DNA from: a virus
Reading direction: 5' to 3' (one strand)
DNA: 40,340 nt
Virus genome (UHGV): UHGV-0384112
The notes beneath the pieces were generated by a model, which saw only the letters and a list, made by a program, of their open reading frames with translations, was not told where the DNA came from and did not search any database. Shown here piece after piece: positions 25,944 through 34,909 of this stretch. The translations under genes and the position numbers were made by a program. The stretch's first letter is position 1. Every line of letters begins with the position of its first letter.

Positions 25944-26579
25944 TTAAGTAAGAGTTGAGTTAATAAATTGAATTCCTAAATGAGATATTTTGTAGCCCAT
26001 ATTTTGTTTGCCGACATCACCTAATACTATGGAGCTAATCGTTTTTTCTAACAGACCAAAATCAGATAATCTATTTAAGCTACCATCTATTAGCTCTTGT
26101 GAATAGCCAGACATGCTGATATTTCCAGTGAAATTTTCGTTTCCACGACTCATTAAGCATGCTAACAATTGAATCTCAATCGATGTTAATTGATTCAGTA
26201 CAAGAAGATAATACTCCTCGTTATCCCATGAAGCGTTGTTAATTCGAAGTAAACAATTCTTATAAAGATTTTTATACATATCTATTTTATTTTGTGCCTT
26301 TGATTTTTCTACCTCGTCATTTATCCCTTCGAATATTCCAATGAGTTGGTCCTTGTTCTCTAAGTTGAAAACATCTTCTGGAATTTGATCGCGAATGTTT
26401 TCTAATGATTCGTTTAAATTTTTGTAGAATTTCTCGATGCGTTTGAAACGCTTCTCGTTTTTAGACCCAAAATAAAGTGACTGCACAACGCCACCAATAT
26501 AAGGAATTGCTCCAATACCGCCTTCAACTATTAATTCAAGATATTCTTTTTTGGTTAGTTTTTCATTGCTATTATCCAT
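25944..26579 (-). CDS. hypothetical protein (moron between int and repressor; candidate Abi or superinfection-exclusion protein)
   Basis: 211 aa, cytoplasmic-looking, with no recognisable motifs. Classic lysogenic-conversion locus. Confidence 0.5.
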   Translation of the reverse strand: MDNSNEKLTKKEYLELIVEGGIGAIPYIGGVVQSLYFGSKNEKRFKRIEKFYKNLNESLENIRDQIPEDVFNLENKDQLIGIFEGINDEVEKSKAQNKIDMYKNLYKNCLLRINNASWDNEEYYLLVLNQLTSIEIQLLACLMSRGNENFTGNISMSGYSQELIDGSLNRLSDFGLLEKTISSIVLGDVGKQNMGYKISHLGIQFINSTLT

Positions 26580-26691
26580 AGTTACCTCCTATTTTGTCAT
26601 TTCCTTTACAAGCATTGTGACTCCTGATGGCACTCTTTTGTATAGGTTTTATTATTGTGCACAATCTAACTCTTAGTGGGGCGTGGTTCAT

Positions 26692-27327
26692 TTATTTTTT
26701 ACTTACTTTACTATTAATCATATCCCATTGAGCATAGGATTTTTCTATGTTCGATCCTCTTGAACTAATTTCTCCTGTAAAAGTTACTTTATCGCCCTTT
26801 GTAAAGGTATCAGCATTGTTTAAGTCCTTCGCAAAAATTACATATGAAACTTTAGGTGTTGCAGAAATATCATTCCAACTTTTATCATCGTACTCTTTGT
26901 CTGCTATAATGGCTATTCTAGTAGTCATTGATTCGATAACAGTTCCTTCAAAAGTATATGTTTTACCACTAATATATTTAGTAAAAGCTGTATTTTGCTC
27001 AGTAGCTGGAGTAATAGAATAATAACTATCTAAGAAAGCACCCCAGTCATGATTATTTGTCTCTAAAAATTCTTCAAATTGAGTTAGGCTTTTATTGCTG
27101 CTGTTAGATGTAGTAGTTTGAGTATCAGATGATGAGCTTTCCTGTTTGTTATTGTCATTTGCCTCGTTTGATGAGGAAAGCGAGAAACCTACGGTAGTAA
27201 AAATAATCCCGATAATAAGGAGAATCATAGGTGTTTTCTTATTTGTTTTTTTGATAAATCTTACAATTAACATGATTAAACCTATAATAAATAAAACAAT
27301 ACCAGTAAAACCAAATATACCGTCCAT
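26692..27327 (-). CDS. membrane-anchored surface protein with a Ser/Thr-rich linker and an extracytoplasmic beta-domain (DUF4352-like?)
   Basis: N-terminal TM helices, a low-complexity S/T/N/Q linker and a C-terminal globular domain. Located between int and cI. Confidence 0.5.
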   Translation of the reverse strand: MDGIFGFTGIVLFIIGLIMLIVRFIKKTNKKTPMILLIIGIIFTTVGFSLSSSNEANDNNKQESSSSDTQTTTSNSSNKSLTQFEEFLETNNHDWGAFLDSYYSITPATEQNTAFTKYISGKTYTFEGTVIESMTTRIAIIADKEYDDKSWNDISATPKVSYVIFAKDLNNADTFTKGDKVTFTGEISSRGSNIEKSYAQWDMINSKVSKK

Positions 27328-27360
27328 TAATAGATCCTCTTTCTCTTTTGATATTGAATA

Positions 27361-27822
27361 TTATAAACCAAGCAATTCTTTTTTCTTAAAATCGAATTCT
27401 TCTTGATTAATAATCCCTTCATCTAACAACTCTTTATACTTTTTAATTTCATCTGCACTTGAAATTTGTGTTTCTTTGGAATTATTATCTAATATAGATT
27501 GTTGCTTCTCTATATATTTTTTTAAATTTTCCATTTCATTCCAATATTTTTTTGTAAACATAACGGTGTTTTCATCTTTCGTGGCCGCTAATATACCTCC
27601 GCGACTTTCGTTTCCGCCTAGCAAGGTAAATTGTATATAACCATTACTCATACCTGGTTTTTTTAATTGTACGGCTGATATATTTTTAAAGGGGATAGTT
27701 TTTTCTCCTTTAATACCTTGATTAACTAAATTTATAAATCCTTTTCTAATAATTGAAATAGAATCATCAGTTACTTTAATCAAGGTTTTTCCTGGAGATT
27801 TTATTAAAATCTCTTTTTCCAT
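27361..27822 (-). CDS. bacterial PH-like domain protein with a C-terminal SHOCT motif
   Basis: C-terminus SADEIKKYKELLDEGIINQEEFDFKKKELLGL matches the SHOCT pattern. The N-terminal half is beta-rich and PH-like. Confidence 0.5.
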   Translation of the reverse strand: MEKEILIKSPGKTLIKVTDDSISIIRKGFINLVNQGIKGEKTIPFKNISAVQLKKPGMSNGYIQFTLLGGNESRGGILAATKDENTVMFTKKYWNEMENLKKYIEKQQSILDNNSKETQISSADEIKKYKELLDEGIINQEEFDFKKKELLGL

Positions 27823-27884
27823 TTTTTCTTCCTCATTTCTGTGATATGATTTTTTTTGTAGAAGCTCATATATGAGGAAAGAGC

Positions 27885-27912
27885 CCGTGTTGCAGCACGG
27901 GCTTTTTTAATG
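27885..27912 (+). terminator. terminator hairpin GCCCGTG-ttgcag-CACGGGC + TTTTTTAA
   Basis: Seen directly. It separates the cI/ImmA unit from the moron cluster. Confidence 0.55.
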
Positions 27913-27951
27913 TTTTGCTGAAATCGGTTTTTTTAATAATTCTTGATGTAT

Positions 27952-28395
27952 TCATACATATTGCCTTGCGTAAGAATATTTTTTCTTAAAATAGCATTGG
28001 CAGACAGCATAACAAGTGTATCTGAGCTTATTCTGAATAGAATAATACTCCATAAATTTTTCGAGATTAAACTGAGATTCATCAGTCAGTTCGTTCTCAA
28101 TATAGATATTTAATAAAATTAGAATAGCTATTTTATCTGCTTCTGTTTCAAATTTTGAGTGAAAAGTTGTAGAAGTATCGTACAAAACTGAAAATTCAAA
28201 ATGAGAGGCGCTGAAATGTGCAAGTTCATGAGATAAATGAAAGGCTTCTGCAGTTTCACCGTATAGATTTTCATTCAAAAAAATGATTCTGGGTTTTGGA
28301 TAGTAGAAACCAGGCTCTTTCATCTCCATATAAACTACTTTCAAATTGTATTCGCTCAACATTTCTTTCAATTTCAAATACATACAAACCATCAC
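27952..28395 (-). CDS. ImmA/IrrE-family zinc metallopeptidase (anti-repressor protease)
   Basis: HEXXH motif (FHLSHELAHF) in a 147-aa protein directly downstream of, and co-oriented with, the XRE repressor. Confidence 0.7.
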   Translation of the reverse strand: MMVCMYLKLKEMLSEYNLKVVYMEMKEPGFYYPKPRIIFLNENLYGETAEAFHLSHELAHFSASHFEFSVLYDTSTTFHSKFETEADKIAILILLNIYIENELTDESQFNLEKFMEYYSIQNKLRYTCYAVCQCYFKKKYSYARQYV

Positions 28396-28400
28396 TCCAA

Positions 28401-28721
28401 CTATTCATTTTCCTCTAAAGCTTTAGCAATTGCAATCGCTTTACGCATTGTCTCCTTAGATATTTCTTTTCCATCAAAAGAAAAAACAGTATCGTCTTCT
28501 GATAAATCCACATGTTTAGGGGTTTCTCTTTCTTCTCTACCTAGAAGGTAGTCTACAGAGACATCGAAATAGTCAGCAATCCGACTTAATTCATCTGAAT
28601 TAGGAGTATTATTTTTCCACTTTGCTAGATAACCGTTAGAATATCCAAAATTAATTTCTAACTGCCGTATAGATATCTTTTTCCTCTTCGCCAAGTCTTT
28701 TATTATTTCATAGGTATTCAT
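28401..28721 (-). CDS. XRE-family HTH repressor (cI-like)
   Basis: N-terminal HTH (KRKKISIRQLEINFGYSNGYLAKWKNN). Divergent from the early lytic operon. Confidence 0.75.
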   Translation of the reverse strand: MNTYEIIKDLAKRKKISIRQLEINFGYSNGYLAKWKNNTPNSDELSRIADYFDVSVDYLLGREERETPKHVDLSEDDTVFSFDGKEISKETMRKAIAIAKALEENE

Positions 28722-28781
28722 CGATAAAACAACCTTTCTAAATGTTTACAAAAAAAGTTTAGAAAAATACGCAGAAATAAT

Positions 28782-28810
28782 TTGACTAATTCTGAGTAAT
28801 GAGCTATACT
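28782..28810 (+). promoter_or_regulatory. rightward early promoter TTGACT-N17-TATACT with operator half-site CTGAGTAAT in the spacer
   Basis: Seen directly. The same 19-mer, with 16 of 19 positions matching, recurs in inverted orientation at 28931-28959. Confidence 0.5.
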
Positions 28811-28930
28811 ATATCTTGTAAACAGATTTAACAACTAAAAAGACAACAAAAAACACTATTGATATGTAAATGCAGACCGCCAAGAAAGCTTTAAAATCAA
28901 TGTTTTTATGTCTTATTTAATTATGCTCTT

Positions 28931-28959
28931 AGTATAGAGTATTACTCAGATACTGTCAA
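28931..28959 (-). promoter_or_regulatory. leftward promoter TTGACA-N17-TATACT (minus strand) with the same operator sequence
   Basis: Reverse complement of 28931-28959 gives TTGACAgtatCTGAGTAATactcTATACT. Confidence 0.5.
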
Positions 28960-29019
28960 TTGAATTTAGAAAAAAGTTGTTAAATTTGTTTACGAATATA
29001 AAAGAAAGGAATGAGAAAT

Positions 29020-29796
29020 ATGAACACACCGCAAATTTTTAATTTCGAACAAAACGAAGTTCGGACAATTTTAGTAAATGATGAACCATATTTTGTAGGC
29101 AAAGACGTTGCGAGTGTTTTGGGTTATTCAAACACTAAAGATGCTTTGTCGCGGCATGTAGATTTGGAAGATAAGATGGGGTCGCGAATCACGACCTCAG
29201 GTCAATCAAGAGAGATGACAATCATCAACGAATCTGGTTTGTACAGTTTAATCTTAAAATCAAAACTTCCCTCTGCCAAAAAATTTAAACGTTGGGTAAC
29301 AAGTGAAGTGTTGCCAGCAATTAGAAAACATGGAGGTTATCTAACTCCAGAAAAAGTAGAAGAAGCTTTGCTTAATCCAGATACAATCATTCAATTAGCA
29401 ACTCAACTAAAAGAAGAAAGAACTGGAAGATTAATCGCAGAACAAAAGATTGCAGAGTACGAACCTAAAATCTCCTATTTAGATAGCATATTATCTTCTA
29501 CAGATTCAGTAACAATTAGTCAGATTGCAGCAGATTATGGGATGTCTCCACAACAGATGAATAAATTACTTCATAAACTAGGTATTCAGAAAAAAGTCGG
29601 TAACCAATGGTTATTGTGCAAAAAACACATGAACCAAGGATACACAAAATCTCATACAACTGAGATCCCGAAAGCCGATGGTGGCACTAAAATTGTAATG
29701 AATACCAAATGGACACAGAAAGGGCGTCTATTTATCTACGAATTACTAAAAAAAGAAGGATATTACCCTCAAATGGATTTAGAGGAAATTGGTTAG
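29020..29796 (+). CDS. ant: antirepressor (Bro-N domain plus KilA-C/ORF6C-like C-terminus)
   Basis: N-terminal Bro-N pattern (…VRTILVNDEPYFVGKDVASVLGY…SGLYSLILKSKLPSAKKFKRWVTSEVLP). ATG 29020 has the best-spaced RBS. The ORF track starts at 29011. Confidence 0.7.
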   Translation: MNTPQIFNFEQNEVRTILVNDEPYFVGKDVASVLGYSNTKDALSRHVDLEDKMGSRITTSGQSREMTIINESGLYSLILKSKLPSAKKFKRWVTSEVLPAIRKHGGYLTPEKVEEALLNPDTIIQLATQLKEERTGRLIAEQKIAEYEPKISYLDSILSSTDSVTISQIAADYGMSPQQMNKLLHKLGIQKKVGNQWLLCKKHMNQGYTKSHTTEIPKADGGTKIVMNTKWTQKGRLFIYELLKKEGYYPQMDLEEIG

Positions 29797-29810
29797 AAAG
29801 GAGTTTTAGT

Positions 29811-30014
29811 ATGACTGACATTGCAGAAATCACTCAACGAGATAGAGAAAAAATCAAAGAATATGTCGAAAGTTCAAAGTTCTTAACTTACACCATGCTT
29901 GCTGAAAGATTTGGAATTAGCAAAAGCTACTTATCTTTAATTTTAAACGGTAAAAAGACTTCTGCAGAAGCAAACAGAATTATAGATTCGATTATCACTA
30001 TGTACGAATTGTAA
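29811..30014 (+). CDS. small HTH DNA-binding protein (Cro-like?)
   Basis: RBS AAAGGAG before ATG 29811. HTH-like YTMLAERFGISKSYLSLILNGKK. Confidence 0.45.
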   Translation: MTDIAEITQRDREKIKEYVESSKFLTYTMLAERFGISKSYLSLILNGKKTSAEANRIIDSIITMYEL

Positions 30015-30029
30015 AGGGAGGAACAGCTA

Positions 30030-30368
30030 ATGCAATATCTAGAAGCAAAAATCCCAATTCCAGAAGGCTATGTAATTATCTCCCAAGTGGATTATGAGGA
30101 GTTAAAAAAAGCTGATGATACTGGTAGATGGATGACGTTGCCAGAAGTGCTAGAACGGATTAACAGAAAATATGATTGGTTTACTTCTAGAGTTTTAAAG
30201 AACCCAAGATATAGAAATATTATCGATATCGAGAAAAACAAAAATGGATTTGTCTATTATCCAGTTGAAGGAAGAGACACATATCTATTTTTAAGAAGTA
30301 AAACACTTGAATTTTTAGAAACAAATTTTTCGGAAATCTTAAGGAGGCAAGCGGATGGGAAAATTTAA
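30030..30368 (+). CDS. hypothetical phage protein (DUF771-like?)
   Basis: 112 aa with RBS AGGGAGG. No confident motif. Confidence 0.4.
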   Translation: MQYLEAKIPIPEGYVIISQVDYEELKKADDTGRWMTLPEVLERINRKYDWFTSRVLKNPRYRNIIDIEKNKNGFVYYPVEGRDTYLFLRSKTLEFLETNFSEILRRQADGKI

Positions 30369-30534
30369 TAGAGCGCTAGTGTTCAGCGCACCGCTAATCA
30401 TCTACGCTTTAGGACTTTGGGGAAGCAGGCAAGCGTTGATAGGAACGATTGTTTACATGGTTTGGATTTTTATGGGGCTTGATGAAGCTGAAGCTGAGTA
30501 CAGAGCGAAAAAGCCAACCGAGGGGGCTGACTAA
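30355..30534 (+). CDS. small membrane protein (59 aa)
   Basis: Found by hand with RBS AAGGAGG. Two hydrophobic stretches. Confidence 0.35.
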   Translation: MGKFNRALVFSAPLIIYALGLWGSRQALIGTIVYMVWIFMGLDEAEAEYRAKKPTEGAD

Positions 30535-30576
30535 AAATGAATAGAAAAGAGAAACTAGAATGTATATTACTATTAC

Positions 30577-31092
30577 TCAGTTTAATTCTTTCACTAATTT
30601 CTCTATTGGGAAGTTTGTATTTTTGATATCAACAATTTTGTGGATTTGGGTTCTATTTAGAGTAAATATCATTTTTGTTTGGTGATTAAGGAGTTTATTA
30701 AAATTAATTTTCCCTACTTCAAATGCAAGGTAACAAGATATAGCACTTTTAGGAGGAATATTTAGCGGTACAGCTTCAGAGTATATTCTATTATCATCGA
30801 CTGATCCTCCTTTAGCAATTAATTTCTTAAATGGAGTAGCTGACCATCTGCGGTTTAAGTTAGCGGATGAAAGTTCTAAATTAACTAACATAGCTGGTTC
30901 TGTTGAATAGTTAGAAATGATTACTTTTGTATAAATCATATCTGCAGCGAAGTAAGAAGCATTAAGTTCAACTTCTAGTTGAGGGCGCATTCCTTTTATT
31001 TTTATCCCTGTTAAAAACGTACTCAATATAAAACTTATTATTGACATCCATTGAAAAATTGTTAAGTGAAAAAAATTCAAAATAAACACCAC
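30577..31092 (-). CDS. membrane-anchored protein encoded antisense to the early operon (moron). The start codon is uncertain: GTG at 31092 or internal Met.
   Basis: N-terminal hydrophobic helix followed by a beta-rich domain. On the minus strand there is a TATAAT box about 15 nt upstream, within 31107-31112. Confidence 0.45.
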   Translation of the reverse strand: MVFILNFFHLTIFQWMSIISFILSTFLTGIKIKGMRPQLEVELNASYFAADMIYTKVIISNYSTEPAMLVNLELSSANLNRRWSATPFKKLIAKGGSVDDNRIYSEAVPLNIPPKSAISCYLAFEVGKINFNKLLNHQTKMIFTLNRTQIHKIVDIKNTNFPIEKLVKELN

Positions 31093-31133
31093 CAGTTTTT
31101 AACTAAATTATACCAAAAAGGAGAGAAGAAATA

Positions 31134-31832
31134 ATGCAAGAATTAGTAATTTTGAAAAATAAAGAAGCTGTGACTACGAGCTTACAAGTGGCAGAAAGCT
31201 TCGAGAAAAAACATCAACATGTTTTAAGAGATATTGATGCACTAAAAAAAGATGTGTCCAATTTTGGACAGATGTTTGTAGAAGGTAATGAACCAGATTC
31301 ATATGGCAGAAATCGACGAGTTTTCTTCATTAGTAGAGATGGATTTTTCTTGCTGGCTATGGGGTTTACAGGAAAGAAAGCTATCTACTTCAAACAAAAA
31401 TACATTGAAGCATTCAACGAAATGGAAGATGTTATTCGCAAGAATACTGTTCCTCAAACAATTGAAGATATGATGATCTATCAATTAGAAGAAATGAAAG
31501 ATGTTAAAAAAGATGTTTCCATGCTTAAAGATACTATGCGAATTAGCGGACAACAAGAGTTTGAAATTAAGCAAAAAGGAAATATGAAAGTTATGGGAGT
31601 TCTAGGGGGAAAAGAAAGCCGAGCTTATGAAGAAATCAGCAAAAAAGTATTCTCAAAATTTTGGTCTGAATTTAAACGTACCTTTTCAATCCCAAGATAT
31701 GGCGAGTTACCTCGTAAGAGATTCGATGATGCTGTTTCATTTATTGAAATGTGGTTGCCAGAAACTGCGATCCGTATGGAAATTGATCAACTGAACAGAC
31801 AACAGAGACTTTTTGGTGATGACAATGAATAG
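31134..31832 (+). CDS. Rha-family phage regulatory protein (with ORF6C-like C-terminus)
   Basis: N-terminal pattern LVILKNKEAVTTSLQVAESFEKKHQHVLRDI…GRNRRVFFISRDGFFLLAMGFTGKKA is typical of Phage_pRha. Confidence 0.6.
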   Translation: MQELVILKNKEAVTTSLQVAESFEKKHQHVLRDIDALKKDVSNFGQMFVEGNEPDSYGRNRRVFFISRDGFFLLAMGFTGKKAIYFKQKYIEAFNEMEDVIRKNTVPQTIEDMMIYQLEEMKDVKKDVSMLKDTMRISGQQEFEIKQKGNMKVMGVLGGKESRAYEEISKKVFSKFWSEFKRTFSIPRYGELPRKRFDDAVSFIEMWLPETAIRMEIDQLNRQQRLFGDDNE

Positions 31833-32009
31833 AGCTGAAGCGCTAAGAATAGGGACGGCAATTGCTAATTGCTGGTGGAAATACTATAAACCAATCATCC
31901 TAAGCCAACAACATATTGACAAGCAAAAAGCATGGCAACAAATAAAAAAGTGACTCCGCCGGCAAGCAAAGAGTCACAAAGAAAACACATCATAAGGAGA
32001 TTTTAGCAT

Positions 32010-32351
32010 ATGGAAAAAGAACTTTCCACTCTAGATCAATATTTGATTGATCCTGATTGGGGCAAGCCGAAAATTGAGGAAACAAGTGGTCGAAAAATCA
32101 GACGAAATCTTTTGACGAATGAAGAACTAGCTTGGGATCAAGATGATTTAGGCAACCATGTAACTATTTGGGATCATGTTTATCTTATCCATCTATCGAA
32201 GCATTCGAATAAACCTGAATATATTTACGTCATCGAAGATGGCTTGATTGATGCGCTAGAAGAGTACGACAGAGATAACTTGATTGATATCTCTTATTAC
32301 GGACCAGGTAAGAAATACATTGCTGAAATGGAGGCAGAATTTGATGAGTGA
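32010..32351 (+). CDS. hypothetical protein
   Basis: 113 aa with RBS AAGGAG. Confidence 0.5.
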   Translation: MEKELSTLDQYLIDPDWGKPKIEETSGRKIRRNLLTNEELAWDQDDLGNHVTIWDHVYLIHLSKHSNKPEYIYVIEDGLIDALEEYDRDNLIDISYYGPGKKYIAEMEAEFDE

Positions 32352-33015
32352 AATCAAAGGGACAACGAACTTTGAAAAACTTTTTAGTCGTAAGTTAAAT
32401 AAAATTCTCAAGAAAAAAGGAAATTTTGATTATTTATCTTGGGCTCACGCGTGGGAGATTATGAAAAAGAATGATCCACAGGCAACGGTAACTATTAATG
32501 AGTACAAACACTACAGGGTTGTTTCTGGAACTCATCAAGACTTTCTTGTTGAGGAATATAAACCTTTTCTTATGGATGAAACTGGGACTTATGTATCTGT
32601 CTCAGTAACGGTTAAAGGACACACGGAAACCGAATTATTTCCTGTTTTAGATTATCGAAACCAACCAGTTGTTAAACCAAATGCAATGCAAATCAATAAC
32701 TCATTGAAGCGATGCTTTGTGAAAGCATTGGCTCTACACGGACTGGGATTATATGTATTTCAAGGGGAAGATATTCCAACACCACCTAGAATCGATACAA
32801 AGAAATTAAACATGCTAGAGACGATTCTAGAAGCTTTCAATGAGCAGATGGGTAAAGATATGACCAAAACCTTAATCGAATATGTTAATGAGCAGACAGA
32901 TAAATTAGGGCTCTTAGCTGATAACGTTGAAACTATTGAACAGTTAAGCTATGAGCAATGTGCCTTGATGGAGCGAGCAATAGCAGCTAAGAGAAAAGAA
33001 TTAGATAAGAAGTGA
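32344..33015 (+). CDS. putative single-strand annealing protein (Rad52/Sak-like; tentative)
   Basis: Position in the recombination/replication module. The motif …NAMQINNSLKRCFVKALALHGLGLYVFQGED recalls Sak/DUF1071-type SSAPs from memory only. ATG 32344 follows GGAGG. Confidence 0.35.
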   Translation: MSEIKGTTNFEKLFSRKLNKILKKKGNFDYLSWAHAWEIMKKNDPQATVTINEYKHYRVVSGTHQDFLVEEYKPFLMDETGTYVSVSVTVKGHTETELFPVLDYRNQPVVKPNAMQINNSLKRCFVKALALHGLGLYVFQGEDIPTPPRIDTKKLNMLETILEAFNEQMGKDMTKTLIEYVNEQTDKLGLLADNVETIEQLSYEQCALMERAIAAKRKELDKK

Positions 33016-33020
33016 TATGA

Positions 33021-33707
33021 GTGTTTAAACCATTAATCGATTCATATTCAGCGGTTCTGAAAAAGTTCAAAGGAAAAGACATAAGCGCAACCATCAATGA
33101 GGAAGTGAACATTGATCGACTAAAGACGATGTATGACGGCTACGATGGTGATCGAGTCATTGAAATTCGTTTTATTGATCCTAGACGTTTCACCGTACAG
33201 CAACGAAACTTCATCTATGCGCTGATAGGCGATATTTTTATCGATACAGGCATGCCAACGGACTTCTGGAAGGAATTCTTCTACTTTCGTTTTGAAGGTG
33301 TCACAGGGCGCAAAATAAGCCTGAAAGACGAATCGAATACAACTGTGAGTGATGCCAATGTCTTAGCAAATATCATCTTAGATTTCATCTTTGAACATCA
33401 TATTCCTTTCAAAGAAGGCTATGAGATTTTACCTGCGAATCAAGAATATTACTTCTACAAATGCATCACAAAAAGAGTCTGCTGCATCTGTGGCAAAACA
33501 GGAGCTGACATCGATCACTTTGACAAAGCGCTAGGAAGACGAAAGCGCAAAGAAGTTGATCATGCAGAGTACACATTTGCAGCACTCTGCAGAATCCATC
33601 ACACAGAGAAGCACAAAATAGGTGTGATTAATTTCAAAAATAAATATCAAATCAAAGGGATCAAATTAAACCAGAAAACAATCAAAAAGTTAAATATTGG
33701 AGGGTAA
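33021..33707 (+). CDS. HNH-motif nuclease-like protein
   Basis: C-x2-C…DIDHF…LCRIHHTEKH matches the HNH zinc-finger nuclease pattern. Confidence 0.45.
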   Translation: MFKPLIDSYSAVLKKFKGKDISATINEEVNIDRLKTMYDGYDGDRVIEIRFIDPRRFTVQQRNFIYALIGDIFIDTGMPTDFWKEFFYFRFEGVTGRKISLKDESNTTVSDANVLANIILDFIFEHHIPFKEGYEILPANQEYYFYKCITKRVCCICGKTGADIDHFDKALGRRKRKEVDHAEYTFAALCRIHHTEKHKIGVINFKNKYQIKGIKLNQKTIKKLNIGG

Positions 33708-33709
33708 AA

Positions 33710-34459
33710 ATGACAGAACATCGAAGTTATTATGCGATTATACCAGCCAACGTAAGGTACGACAAAAGACTTAAACCAAATACTAAGTTGTTATACGGAG
33801 AGATAACGGCCTTGTGTAATGAAAGAGGCTTTTGTTGGGCAGGCAATGAGTACTTTGCAGATTTATATGGTGTGAATAAAGAGACCATATCGCGATGGGT
33901 AAGTGATTTGATTAAGTTTGGATACTTGAATCGGGAAATCATTTACAAAGAGGGTACCAATCAAATAATCAATAGGTACCTACGAATTAATCAATACCCT
34001 ATTGACGAAAAACGCAATACCCCTATTGACGAAAAAGTCAAAGATAATAATACATCTATTAATAATACATTTAATAATACAAAAGAATATATAAGAGAGT
34101 TACCGCCTTCGAAAAAATCGAAGGCTAAGCCCGTCCGTCATAAATACGGAGAGTATAAAAATGTTCTTTTGTCAGATGAGCAGATGGAGAAACTCAAAAC
34201 AGAATTCCCTAATGATTACCAAGAGCGAATCGAACGACTGTCAGAGTATTGTGAATCATCTGGTAAGACTTATAAAAACTATTTGGCAACTATTCGAAGT
34301 TGGGCAAGGAAAGAAAAAAGTGAACCTAAGAACGCAAGCAGTGGATACAAGCGCACAGGAAGACGAGAGAAGCTTCCTGAATGGGCAATCGACCAAGAAG
34401 CCTATCTCAAGAAAAAAGCGCTAGAACGAGCTAATAGACAATCAAAAGCACCATTCTAA
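33710..34459 (+). CDS. DnaD-like replisome organizer / replication initiation protein
   Basis: N-terminal Phage_rep_org_N-like pattern (YYAIIPANVRYDKRL…KLLYGEITALCNERGFCWAGNEYFADLYGVNKETISRWVSDL). There is an internal duplication YPIDEKRNTPIDEK. Confidence 0.6.
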   Translation: MTEHRSYYAIIPANVRYDKRLKPNTKLLYGEITALCNERGFCWAGNEYFADLYGVNKETISRWVSDLIKFGYLNREIIYKEGTNQIINRYLRINQYPIDEKRNTPIDEKVKDNNTSINNTFNNTKEYIRELPPSKKSKAKPVRHKYGEYKNVLLSDEQMEKLKTEFPNDYQERIERLSEYCESSGKTYKNYLATIRSWARKEKSEPKNASSGYKRTGRREKLPEWAIDQEAYLKKKALERANRQSKAPF

Positions 34460-34470
34460 GAGGTGGAAAA

Positions 34471-34740
34471 ATGAAGATCGATTATCTAGAACTAATTAAT
34501 GAAATAGCGAATTATAAAAAGGGCGAGGAATTAGACGTCCTGAGAGACGTATATGATCAACTCGAAGAAGCTGGAATTGAAGGAATTAAGAATGATCGTT
34601 CGAGTTGGAGTAAGCTCAGATACTATTTCGCACTTTATATCGATACAACACAATTAAGAAATTTAGCATATACCAAATTACTATTTGTTGATTGTGTTAA
34701 AGGCTTGCAAAAACATCTTAATGAACTTGAGCAGGTGTAA
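34471..34740 (+). CDS. hypothetical protein
   Basis: 89 aa with RBS GAGGTGG. Confidence 0.5.
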   Translation: MKIDYLELINEIANYKKGEELDVLRDVYDQLEEAGIEGIKNDRSSWSKLRYYFALYIDTTQLRNLAYTKLLFVDCVKGLQKHLNELEQV

Positions 34741-34744
34741 TCAG

Positions 34745-34909
34745 ATGGACCTAAAGACATTTACAGCACAGATTGAACTAATGCATCAAGAAGCTTTAAG
34801 ACAAAGTGTATCGTACGAAGACAAGTGGCTCAACACGTTCCATGGCGGACGTGAGAGCGCACTTGATCAAGTACTCAAATTACTGAAAGGAGAATGTCGG
34901 GATGGATAA
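34745..34909 (+). CDS. hypothetical protein (54 aa)
   Basis: ATG 34745. Overlaps the next start. Confidence 0.4.
   Translation: MDLKTFTAQIELMHQEALRQSVSYEDKWLNTFHGGRESALDQVLKLLKGECRDG

Noticed and set aside
25817-25951. 44-aa hydrophobic ORF (MIKVIFKRITELPEFRLFVDYWYVWFFIVALLIGLDVILERKLK) with RBS AGAGGTG between int and the first moron
   Set aside because: It is plausible as a small membrane peptide, but too short and unsupported to report as a feature. It would need ribosome profiling or conservation.
26747-27406. Plus-strand ORFs 26747..27022 and 27146..27406
   Set aside because: Antisense to the minus-strand membrane-protein gene, and low-complexity.
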